This document shows, in pieces, positions 1 to 7,899 of a stretch of 11,388 bases of DNA. The DNA lies in assembly GCA_038534095.1 (NCBI GenBank), contig JBCAXK010000047.1, forward strand, positions 1 to 11,388. The letters run 5' to 3'. Below the pieces are notes generated by a model, which made no database searches, had not been told where the DNA came from, and saw nothing but the letters and a program-made list of their open reading frames with translations. The first letter of the stretch is position 1. Each line of letters begins with the position of its first letter. The position numbers and the translations under genes are program-made. This DNA is from Chlamydiota bacterium. GTDB taxonomy: Bacteria; Chlamydiota; Chlamydiia; Chlamydiales; SM23-39.

Positions 1-351
1 AATACTGGTCCTACCGGAAATGCAGGTACTGCCGGTGATGTAGGTCCAACAGGTCCAGCAGGGGATCCTGGAACAACAGGCCCCACAGGAAATACTGGGC
101 CTATTGGCTTTACAGGGAATACTGGTCCTACCGGAAATGCAGGTACTGCCGGTGATGTAGGTCCAACAGGTCCAGCAGGGGATCCTGGAACAACGGGCCC
201 CACAGGAAATACTGGGCCTATTGGCTTTACAGGGAATACTGGTCCTACTGGAAATGCAGGCACTGCCGGTGATGTCGGACCGACAGGCCCTGCAGGGGAT
301 CCTGGACCAACGGGGCCCACCGGTGTTACTGGGGCTACAGGTAATGGAATT
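1..351 (+). repeat. 117-bp (39-aa) tandem repeat within the collagen region, at least 3 units
   Basis: Units 1-117 and 118-234 differ at one synonymous base (ACA/ACG). The unit starting at 235 has several synonymous changes and degenerates at its 3' end. Confidence 0.95.
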
Positions 352-780
352 GAAGATTTTGCTTTTATTACATTGCCTGGCGTTAACAATACCCTTATAG
401 GCGTACCGTTAAATGGATCTATTCCATTCACAACAATTAACGTCGGCGCTCCAAGCTCTCTGATTTCTATTCCTAGTACAGGAACAATAAGAATTTCTGA
501 TACCGGATTTTATCAAATCTCTTGGGGATACTGTTGTGATACTGGAAATGAATCTGTTGAATTACAAATCAATGGATCCGGGGATATTAGTAGAAGAATT
601 GCTACTGATGCAATAGAAGAAATGATCACAACAACCATGATTATTGAAGTGACTACCAACCCAACGGATTTAACTTTTGTTACTATTCGTTCCGGACTCA
701 CTTTAAAAAACCCGCTTCCTTTTAATGTTCAAAACCAAGCTCCTGTCTTTGCAGCAACAATTATTAAATTAGGAAACTGA
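1..780 (+). CDS. Collagen-like surface protein, BclA-like (5'-partial): Gly-X-Y region plus C-terminal BclA-C/C1q-like beta domain
   Basis: Frame 1 is open from base 1 to TGA at 778-780; the ORF-track start at 373 is internal. Bases 7-348 encode 38 uninterrupted Gly-X-Y triplets ([39 protein letters not shown]...). The roughly 140-aa tail (IPF...[17 protein letters not shown]...LQING...AATIIKL) matches the pattern of BclA C-terminal trimerisation domains. Confidence 0.9.
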   Translation, partial: NTGPTGNAGTAGDVGPTGPAGDPGTTGPTGNTGPIGFTGNTGPTGNAGTAGDVGPTGPAGDPGTTGPTGNTGPIGFTGNTGPTGNAGTAGDVGPTGPAGDPGPTGPTGVTGATGNGIEDFAFITLPGVNNTLIGVPLNGSIPFTTINVGAPSSLISIPSTGTIRISDTGFYQISWGYCCDTGNESVELQINGSGDISRRIATDAIEEMITTTMIIEVTTNPTDLTFVTIRSGLTLKNPLPFNVQNQAPVFAATIIKLGN

Positions 781-782
781 CG

Positions 783-1613
783 ATGGTGTATTTTTTACTC
801 GGCTTTTTGTTATCGATTTTTCATGCATTTCCCGTTTACGGAGATGCGCCTAAATACAAAATTTCTGCATGTGCGCTCCTACCTAAGGATACAGGTCAGT
901 TAGATAAATGGCTGAGCTACCATAAGACTTTAGGCATCGATCATTTCTTTCTTTATTATTCGAAAAAATCTTCCGTTCCTTATGAACTTCTAAAAAAACA
1001 CTTGGATAGCAAAGAAGTGGATCTGATTTTTTGGCCTCAAATCGACGTATCTTTAGGATCTTTTTCAGTTACAAAACTTTCAGCTTACGAAAATGCTTGT
1101 AAATACGCTGCAAAAGATCTGACAGAATGGCTCATATTTTTGGAATTGGATGAATATCTTGTTCCTTCAGAAGACCATTTATATGATATCCTAGAAAGGT
1201 ATCAAGAACACGCTGCTATTACGCTCACATCTTCCTACTTTATAAGGGAACACTCTTATACAAAAAACATCACGAAATCTAAGAGACTGTTCTCTCCAAG
1301 AAAGTCACTAAAAAGTCCTGTCCTAAAAACAATTTTTAAACCCGCTTGCGCAACGACAACCACCCTTTCTCCATATAGAAATCATTTCCAAAACAACGAA
1401 AAGCCTGTTTCTGTTAGTCAAGAATCTATCCGTATACACGCCTATAAGAAAAGAGCCAATGTTCATCCTCAACGAAAATCTGTCTTTTGTGATCCTGGAA
1501 TGGTTTCATTAGAAGATATAAAACATGCAGAAAACATGGGTTACTCCTGCGTAGATAGCACTGGAATCATCGATCTTTACATGGAACAAGCTTTAGAAAA
1601 TGAAAACAAGTAA
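783..1613 (+). CDS. Glycosyltransferase family 92 / GT-A fold-like protein with N-terminal signal or anchor; catalytic motifs degenerate
   Basis: KYKISACA...WLSYHKTLGIDHFFLY...IFWP...AYENAC...EWLIFLELDEYLVP matches the GT92 / Glyco_tranf_2_4 pattern. The ATG lies 2 nt after the collagen stop with AGGA upstream, suggesting coupled translation. The N-terminus is hydrophobic (MVYFLLGFLLSIFHAFPVYG). Confidence 0.8.
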   Translation: MVYFLLGFLLSIFHAFPVYGDAPKYKISACALLPKDTGQLDKWLSYHKTLGIDHFFLYYSKKSSVPYELLKKHLDSKEVDLIFWPQIDVSLGSFSVTKLSAYENACKYAAKDLTEWLIFLELDEYLVPSEDHLYDILERYQEHAAITLTSSYFIREHSYTKNITKSKRLFSPRKSLKSPVLKTIFKPACATTTTLSPYRNHFQNNEKPVSVSQESIRIHAYKKRANVHPQRKSVFCDPGMVSLEDIKHAENMGYSCVDSTGIIDLYMEQALENENK

Positions 1614-1722
1614 GCAAACGACTTTCCATAGACTAGCCTTAGTATAACACTTGGCAAGATTCATCATCCCCTCTCTTAAATTTTTGATTGTTTTAAAGAA
1701 GTCTTTTCTATAAATTTTTTTC

Positions 1723-2883
1723 GTGAAATTTTTGATTATTCTACTAGTTAGCGCGGTTACCTTTCTTTTTTCTAAGGAAACCATTTGCCTCAATATGATT
1801 GTACGCAATGAAAGTGATGTGATCCTCCGCTCATTAAGATCTGTAGTAGATTTGATCGACTATTGGGTGATTGTCGATACAGGTTCTACTGATGATACCA
1901 TGAAAAAGATTCGGAAATTTTTACAGGGAATTCCTGGTGAGCTTCACGAAAAACCTTGGAGAAATTTTGGAGAAAATCGCTCTGAAGCCTTTGAGCTTGC
2001 AAAGGGAAAAGCGTCCTACATCCTATTTATGGACGCAGATGATGTATTATCTTTTTCAGGAGAAAGAACCTTTGGTGCCCTCACGCATGACTGTTACAAT
2101 TTTTGGCGAGGAACCGAGGAGTTCTCCTACATCAAACCACAAATTGTAAAAAGCAGTCTTCCATGGAAATGGATTGGCGTTACCCATGAATACATCGATT
2201 GCGGATTTCCTTACACCTCTGCCGTCCTCCAGGATCCCCGCTATATCACAAAATCTGGTGGAGCCTGCTCTAAACACCCCACAAAAAAATTCTTCCGCAA
2301 TATTATGCTTTTAGAGTCCGATCTCAAAAAAGATCCTCATAATCCTAGAAGTATGTTCTACCTAGCAGAAAGTTATCGGGACGCAGGTAAACCTGCTGAC
2401 GCTCTTGTTTGTTACCAAAAGAGAATCGCAATGGGTGGTTGGCAAGAAGAAGTGTTCTGGTCCTATTTGCAAATTGGCCTTCTTCTAGAAAAACTTGGAC
2501 TTTCTAAAGCTGTTGTAGAAAGAGCCTATTTAGATGCTCACGAATATCGAAAAAAACGGATAGAACCTGTCTATTTTTTAGCAAAACTACGCAACCGCTT
2601 TGAGGAATACGCAGAGTCTTATTCCTTAATTAAGAGATATTTACAGCAATCAAAATCTAGTAAAGATATTCTATTTAACATGGATTGGATCAGCGATTAC
2701 GGTCTTTTATTTGAATATTCAATCGCTGCTTATTACATAGGCAAATACGAACAATCAAAAAATCTATCCCTCTCTCTTTTGCAACTTCCACACCTCCCCA
2801 ATGAATGGAAAAAATTTGTGATGGATAATCTCGCTTTTGCTGCAAAGCAATTGGAACAGACAGCAAGTAGATCCAGGCAATAA
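1723..2883 (+). CDS. GT2 glycosyltransferase with C-terminal TPR repeats and N-terminal signal-like peptide
   Basis: Shows ICLNMIVRNE, VIVDTGSTDDT, WRNFGENR, a DxD motif in FMDADD, and W..GVTHE. TPR-like helices follow (PRSMFYLAESYRDAGKPADALVCYQKRI; IEPVYFLAKL; YSIAAYYIGKYEQS). The start is GTG with no clear RBS. Confidence 0.92.
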   Translation: MKFLIILLVSAVTFLFSKETICLNMIVRNESDVILRSLRSVVDLIDYWVIVDTGSTDDTMKKIRKFLQGIPGELHEKPWRNFGENRSEAFELAKGKASYILFMDADDVLSFSGERTFGALTHDCYNFWRGTEEFSYIKPQIVKSSLPWKWIGVTHEYIDCGFPYTSAVLQDPRYITKSGGACSKHPTKKFFRNIMLLESDLKKDPHNPRSMFYLAESYRDAGKPADALVCYQKRIAMGGWQEEVFWSYLQIGLLLEKLGLSKAVVERAYLDAHEYRKKRIEPVYFLAKLRNRFEEYAESYSLIKRYLQQSKSSKDILFNMDWISDYGLLFEYSIAAYYIGKYEQSKNLSLSLLQLPHLPNEWKKFVMDNLAFAAKQLEQTASRSRQ

Positions 2884-3188
2884 GCCTGTCCGACGTTCGG
2901 TAGAACTGATAGCATATGTTGATAGACTCCGAAAAGAAGCTTCTACATCTTGAAGACCATGCAAAAGCGGTGTATGCCCGCCCACCATTTTTTAGATGTC
3001 TACTGAAAGAAATCCCTCATCCCTCGAATAAAGGCCTGTAAGAGCGCTAAAATTCATGGTATTTTCAAAATAGCTAGAATACCTCCAAGCTCACCTTACA
3101 ATGCTTCTCTTTATTAAGATTGGCTCTATTTCTTTGTATCTATTGGCTGGAGGTTCAGGCTGAAGAACGATCGAAGATGTTTATCCAC

Positions 3189-4196
3189 CTACAAGAATTT
3201 TGGATCGATCTCAACATATTTGATGTTTTCCCGATTCCATGTGTAGCTAATATGCAGGTGACCATTTTTGGATTGAATCACAGAAGGGTAAGAAAAACTA
3301 CCTGGCTCGTTCTCTAATGTCAGGCAAATACACCAAGTTTTCCCTCCATCAGAAGATAGCGCGAGGTTGAGTGGAGAACGCTTCGTTTCACTATGATTGT
3401 AAACGATCAACATCCTTCCATCAGCAAGCAAAATTGCGTCCACGGCCGAGTTCGGGTTTGGAAGAGAGGTAGGGGCAAGAGACGTCCAATGCACTCCCCC
3501 ATCATAAGAAGTAGCTACGCAAACTTTTTTCAACACAAGGGATCGGGTGAACATACGAACCACTCGATTTTCTAACTTTACAAGCGCAGGCTGTATGGTT
3601 CCATAAAGATGTTCGGGTACATTGATAGGGCCATACTTTTCCCATGTCTTCCCCTGATCTCGAGTACAATCGATCCAACAGCCCCACCGCTTCCAACTTT
3701 CGGTGGAAGAGCCACAAAGCAGAGCTCCATCCTCTAAAAGGATGGGACGATTTTTGACCGGACCAAAAACCCCTGCGGGGAGTTTTTGCTCTTCGCCCCA
3801 CTCCTCTCCCTCATCATAAGAACATTTGTAAGAGCCCGACCATCTCTGTGGATTGGGTCCTACTTTGTAAAATAGAAAAATTGTGCCCGCAGGGTCTTGA
3901 TACAAAACAGGATTCCAACAAGCGCTTGTCCCTCGAGCAACCGTTTTAGGCTGGGACCACCGATGTTTATCTCGAGAAGCCAGCGCAATTGTTACATCAG
4001 AGGCGCCCTCGTCCGATCCTTCATACCAAGAACATAGGATTTCTCCCTTCCGATTTTCACAAAGCGTAGATGCATGACAAAAAGGGGTAGAAGGGTTTTT
4101 CATCACAAATTCTTTGCAGACAATCGGGTTTTCTTTACTGTGTAACGTAGAATGCATGAGAAAAACCCCAAAAAAAATGTAGAAAAAACGGTTCAT
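3189..4196 (-). CDS. Secreted Asp-box (BNR) beta-propeller glycoside hydrolase, sialidase-like
   Basis: Asp-boxes SYDEGEEW, TRDQGKTW, SYDGGVHW and SSDGGKTW, plus CHASTL, WNPVL, GPVKNRP, LPNPNS, RSPL and FSYPSVIQ motifs typical of the BNR_2 family. It has an N-terminal signal peptide and an AAGGGG RBS. Confidence 0.88.
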   Translation of the reverse strand: MNRFFYIFFGVFLMHSTLHSKENPIVCKEFVMKNPSTPFCHASTLCENRKGEILCSWYEGSDEGASDVTIALASRDKHRWSQPKTVARGTSACWNPVLYQDPAGTIFLFYKVGPNPQRWSGSYKCSYDEGEEWGEEQKLPAGVFGPVKNRPILLEDGALLCGSSTESWKRWGCWIDCTRDQGKTWEKYGPINVPEHLYGTIQPALVKLENRVVRMFTRSLVLKKVCVATSYDGGVHWTSLAPTSLPNPNSAVDAILLADGRMLIVYNHSETKRSPLNLALSSDGGKTWCICLTLENEPGSFSYPSVIQSKNGHLHISYTWNRENIKYVEIDPKFL

Positions 4197-4205
4197 ATTC
4201 CCCTT

Positions 4206-4778
4206 TTAAGAAGATTGTCCCGTAGCGAGAAACGATTTATGCGTATTGAAAATTAAAAATAAAAAACGTTTATGTTTTTCTATCGCAATCGGGTTTTCGA
4301 TCATAGAAAGGTATTTTAACCACACCTCATGAAAAGCGATCGCTTCTTTATAGTAGAAGAGCGTTCTGCCAGGAAACGCGGCCAAAAGAACCTCATTCCC
4401 TTCAAAAGGTTCTATGGGACTATCAGAAGTGTCTGCAAGATCTTTTTCCGCGAGTATACACTGGTATAAAAGCGTGGCAGAAAATTTTCTTTCAAGTTTT
4501 TTTCGCAACTTTGCCAAATCTTTTTCCTGCTGAAAAAATGTGTAAGCTTGGTGCAAACAGTAGCCAAGATAGAGACTACTCGGAAATTGCTTTTGAAAAG
4601 CCTCCAGTTTTTCCAGTCCCTTGGGGCCTTCATTGGGCAGAGATTTGACCATCTCACCCAACGCGGCCATATTTTCTTCTGACAGATCGAAAAGTTCCTT
4701 TGGAGCAGGATCAAAGGAAATGGTCAGCATTCCTCGATTTTTCCCTTGATTCCAGCTGCAGTCAATTTGTAGCGTCAT
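4206..4778 (-). CDS. Hypothetical alpha-helical (TPR-like) protein
   Basis: 190-aa ORF with amphipathic helical composition, ending 9 bp upstream of the sialidase-like gene (likely operon). Confidence 0.7.
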   Translation of the reverse strand: MTLQIDCSWNQGKNRGMLTISFDPAPKELFDLSEENMAALGEMVKSLPNEGPKGLEKLEAFQKQFPSSLYLGYCLHQAYTFFQQEKDLAKLRKKLERKFSATLLYQCILAEKDLADTSDSPIEPFEGNEVLLAAFPGRTLFYYKEAIAFHEVWLKYLSMIENPIAIEKHKRFLFLIFNTHKSFLATGQSS

Positions 4779-5052
4779 GATGTTCCATTTCTTGTTAACA
4801 CGTAGATTGCTTAGCGCTCATGCGAGCTCTCTTTCATCGAAGATTCTATTCATGATAGAACAAGTAGTCATCAATTATCTTAGGAAAGATCTTATTTTTT
4901 CACAAAAAAATTTGGATATAGTGGCATGAAAGACAAGGCTCTTCATCGGTCATTAGCATAGTATTTTGCAGCTGCAGCAAAGGCGCTATCCCCGCTTGTG
5001 CCAAAAATTCCTCGAACCTATTTCCTATTGCATCAAGAAATCAAACACCGTT

Positions 5053-5802
5053 TTAGAGATCGCTGAGCGGAGCATATAGTCTTGTTGCGACTACTCCATT
5101 GACAACTCTTTGTCTAACAACAGGGGTTAATATCTTACTAGCCATAAAAAATAGACTAGACATGATAGCGATGGTCATGGAAACTTCCGATGGTATTTGG
5201 AGTTTTGAAAAAGTCAATTTCTTGTTCTCTGCCATGTACTCAGAAGAGCCTACAGCAAAGAATCCAAAGAACATAAGTGAGATAGAAACATATTTGCTAT
5301 TTTCTAAAACTACCATGTACGTGAGAAAATTTCGCGTGCGATGAAAAATATGATTATCGGACTCGCTGAAGCGAGCCAGGGAAAAATTTTCCGCATAACT
5401 CGGCAATAAGCTGCACAATTTTAGGTGCTCGCAAATACTTCTTGAGAATAAAGCATTGTTATTTGGAATCAAGGCCTGGAAAACCACGGCTTTACTCAAA
5501 ATATGTGAAGAAACATTAGCGCTTATGAACAAAATTCCGAAACCAAACATGAGGTCTATGTTGTTACTAAAGTTCGCACTTAAACCGTCTTGGGAAATAT
5601 GGTTGCTGTTTATTTGCGCAGCGTTTAGCTTGGCGAAGCTAGATCCAGCTTGGTACGCAAACCAAAGACCCATTGTCGATATTAGGTTTACAAGATGCGC
5701 ACAGTAAAACGGGCCCTTAAATAGCTCGTATAAGCGTTTGTGTTCTCTGATATTCCTAGCGTATCCAAAAAATCTGTTACACTTTTGGATTCCATGAATC
5801 AT
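5053..5802 (-). CDS. Hypothetical membrane protein with about four hydrophobic segments and an apparent internal duplication
   Basis: 249-aa ORF with an AGGAG RBS before the ATG and two pairs of hydrophobic stretches. No family was recognised. Confidence 0.75.
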   Translation of the reverse strand: MIHGIQKCNRFFGYARNIREHKRLYELFKGPFYCAHLVNLISTMGLWFAYQAGSSFAKLNAAQINSNHISQDGLSANFSNNIDLMFGFGILFISANVSSHILSKAVVFQALIPNNNALFSRSICEHLKLCSLLPSYAENFSLARFSESDNHIFHRTRNFLTYMVVLENSKYVSISLMFFGFFAVGSSEYMAENKKLTFSKLQIPSEVSMTIAIMSSLFFMASKILTPVVRQRVVNGVVATRLYAPLSDL

Positions 5803-6063
5803 ATTGTTCTCCTATATTCGAGATTTAAAGGCAAAAATAGTTTTCATTGCTGATGCATTTTTTTAAAGGTTTTTATTTTATTTGAAAAAATGAATTAAAC
5901 AAAGGAAAATTACAATGGAACAAAGATAGACTTTTACGAGAAAATATGTAAAAAAGTATTTTTCATAGAGCCTCCTGTTTTTCGCTATCTACAAAAATTT
6001 TTCTTGTCAAAAATCTCTAGTCAATCAAAAAATATTTTAATTTTTTTCCAAGGATTGATTAAG

Positions 6064-7026
6064 ATGCCCTTTTCTCCAATATTTGTTCCTTCATATTTTT
6101 TTTCTAGTCCAAAGCCTTACGTGGAATATAGGAACGGATCCTATACTGATAGAAGGCCGTATCTACGGAAAGTGGTTGCTTGCGCGATTTCTTTTCTGAA
6201 GCAACTCCGTTTTATGTTCTTTGTTTTGTGTAAAAGTTGTTGGAAATATGCGCAAAGTCTCCTTTTTTTTCAGGAAAAAAATGTGTCATGGAAAAAAGAT
6301 AGCAAAGCTCTTGTTGTGCTTCTACATGGTCTATTTGGAAGTCCTTGTATTTGGTATCGCCAGCAAGATCTACTCAAACAGTGTGAAGGGATTGACGTCT
6401 ACGCTGCTCCGGTCTATAAAAGGGGGAACTGTTCTTTGGAAGAGGCGGCGATGCGCATTCAAAAAGTGATCGAGAACTACAGAACAAAGCATCCCAACCC
6501 GATTATTCTCATTGGGAACTCCAACGGAGCGAGAGTTGCTGCTCGTGTATACATAGACCTGATGAAAAAGCAGGAGAGCTCCCCAAATAAATACCATTTG
6601 CACCTTTCCTTGATTGCTGGAGCGCTTCAAGGATGTCGTACGATCGACTGTCTTAGTGATTGTTGCCTCACGCGCTTCCTTTTAGATCCTGCTCTCCGAA
6701 AGGAACTCCGATCGGACAGTCTCCACTGTCAAAAACTGTTACAAGCATTCAAAAGATCGATCAAACGGCACAACACTTCTGTGGAATTTTACGCGACTTT
6801 GGATGATACAGTGATTCCCAGGACCCATTCTTCCTGTCCTATCGTTGTATCTTCAACTGCACAGGTATACCTTAGAGAAACAGAAAGCCATAATTCGATT
6901 ACAGCAGCAGTAGCGAAGCAACAGGTAAATGGGATTGAACGTTTCCTAAATAAAGTAGAACAGCAATCTCAAGAAAGGTGTAAAGATTCGGTGAAGCTGA
7001 AGCACCTAGGAAAAGTGGGAGCGTAG
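6064..7026 (+). CDS. Alpha/beta hydrolase (lipase/esterase-like)
   Basis: Oxyanion motif VLLHGLFGS, nucleophile elbow IGNSNG (GxSxG), candidate Asp in DDTVIP and His in ESHNSI. ATG 6064 with AAGGA upstream is preferred over TTG 6004. Confidence 0.85.
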   Translation: MPFSPIFVPSYFFSSPKPYVEYRNGSYTDRRPYLRKVVACAISFLKQLRFMFFVLCKSCWKYAQSLLFFQEKNVSWKKDSKALVVLLHGLFGSPCIWYRQQDLLKQCEGIDVYAAPVYKRGNCSLEEAAMRIQKVIENYRTKHPNPIILIGNSNGARVAARVYIDLMKKQESSPNKYHLHLSLIAGALQGCRTIDCLSDCCLTRFLLDPALRKELRSDSLHCQKLLQAFKRSIKRHNTSVEFYATLDDTVIPRTHSSCPIVVSSTAQVYLRETESHNSITAAVAKQQVNGIERFLNKVEQQSQERCKDSVKLKHLGKVGA

Positions 7027-7098
7027 CTACCCAGGTTTTTTCTCTTTTGTAGATGTACTTATCTCAGAAAAAAATATCGTCAAGAGAGAGTCTCTATC

Positions 7099-7127
7099 GA
7101 ACAAGTAGAGAAAATATCTACTTGTTC
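7099..7127. terminator. 11-bp perfect hairpin between convergent genes, possible bidirectional terminator
   Basis: GAACAAGTAGA-gaaaata-TCTACTTGTTC. There is no clear U-tract on either side. Confidence 0.5.
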
Positions 7128-7139
7128 AAATCATCCTCA

Positions 7140-7550
7140 TTACCAAAGGAAGGTCAACTCTTCTTTTCCTTGCATCAGGCGATTATGAAAGGTCCAATAG
7201 CCTTTTAAATACCCATAATCACTCAAGTAGAATACGGCTACTCCATATGTGGCTTTCATATCGTCATAAAAAGAAACGCTCAATGTTCGTCCCAAAAGAA
7301 TCCCGATGCCTGTTTGAGATTGCGTGTTTCCAATCCACCATTTCACAAGAAAATTCTCTCCATGCTGAGCGATATCCACTTCTCCAGTATAACTCACTAT
7401 GTTTGAACCGAGAGCGGAGCCTTCTAAACGGTACCTTCCCAAACGAAGTTCAGGGGCCATATCAAAATTGATATCGGCAAAAAGACTGCAGCTCATCCAT
7501 AGGGATAAGAACATGACAATAGATACAAACCTTTTCTGCAATTGTTTCAT
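7140..7550 (-). CDS. Small secreted beta-strand-rich protein (resembles LIC10280-type proteins)
   Basis: Signal peptide ending SLFA and an AGGAG RBS. The pattern GRYRLEG...SYTGEVDI...FLVKWWIG...TGIGI...LSVSF...GVAVF...LKGYWT...GKEEL suggests an 8-stranded barrel. The family assignment is from memory. Confidence 0.75.
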   Translation of the reverse strand: MKQLQKRFVSIVMFLSLWMSCSLFADINFDMAPELRLGRYRLEGSALGSNIVSYTGEVDIAQHGENFLVKWWIGNTQSQTGIGILLGRTLSVSFYDDMKATYGVAVFYLSDYGYLKGYWTFHNRLMQGKEELTFLW

Positions 7551-7899
7551 GATTTCTCCTAAAAATATTAAAAATTCTGAAACAGGCTAGTAGCTTTTAT
7601 GGGCGTTGTCAAACATTATTGGAAGCTTCTCTCTATACCTCATCTTCCAAATTTGGATCTTCTCTAAACAAATTCTTGTCTATTGGTCTCATCGAACTTT
7701 TACAAATGCCACATGGAGTAACAAGATGAATCTCCCCTATCGCAGTAGCCTTGAGAATGTTTGGGTAAAAGACTTTGAAAAATACGCTAAAGAGAGCTGA
7801 AAAGAGAAATTGGAGCGTTTGTGCTCGAGTAGCAAGCACTTCAATACTATTGGATCAAACAAGATTCCTAGAGATGCTGTACAAGCTAGCCACGTAGGT

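Noticed and set aside
1..351. Tandem repeats as a possible CRISPR array or non-coding repeat
   Set aside because: There are no unique spacers, and the units are in-frame Gly-X-Y coding sequence with mostly synonymous differences.
373..780. 135-aa ORF as a stand-alone gene
   Set aside because: It is in frame with the upstream collagen region with no intervening stop, so it is the C-terminal domain of a larger gene.
2884..3188. 305-bp spacer between the convergent GT2 and sialidase-like genes as an ncRNA or small gene
   Set aside because: Only very short stems and unconvincing overlapping ORFs are present, so nothing can be supported.
4811..4837. TTAGCGCTC as a CIRCE half-site (the same 9-mer or its complement occurs near 3042 and at 8827-8852)
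   Set aside because: There is no matching second half at 9-nt spacing. The 8827-8852 copies are in the wrong orientation, lie downstream of hsp20, and are explained as a terminator stem.
7633..7839. 68-aa minus-strand ORF with VTPCGICK, resembling a deaminase PCxxC motif
   Set aside because: No upstream HxE/CxE motif was found in the frames checked, and it has a weak start, no clear RBS and a competing plus-strand ORF. It is most likely chance.
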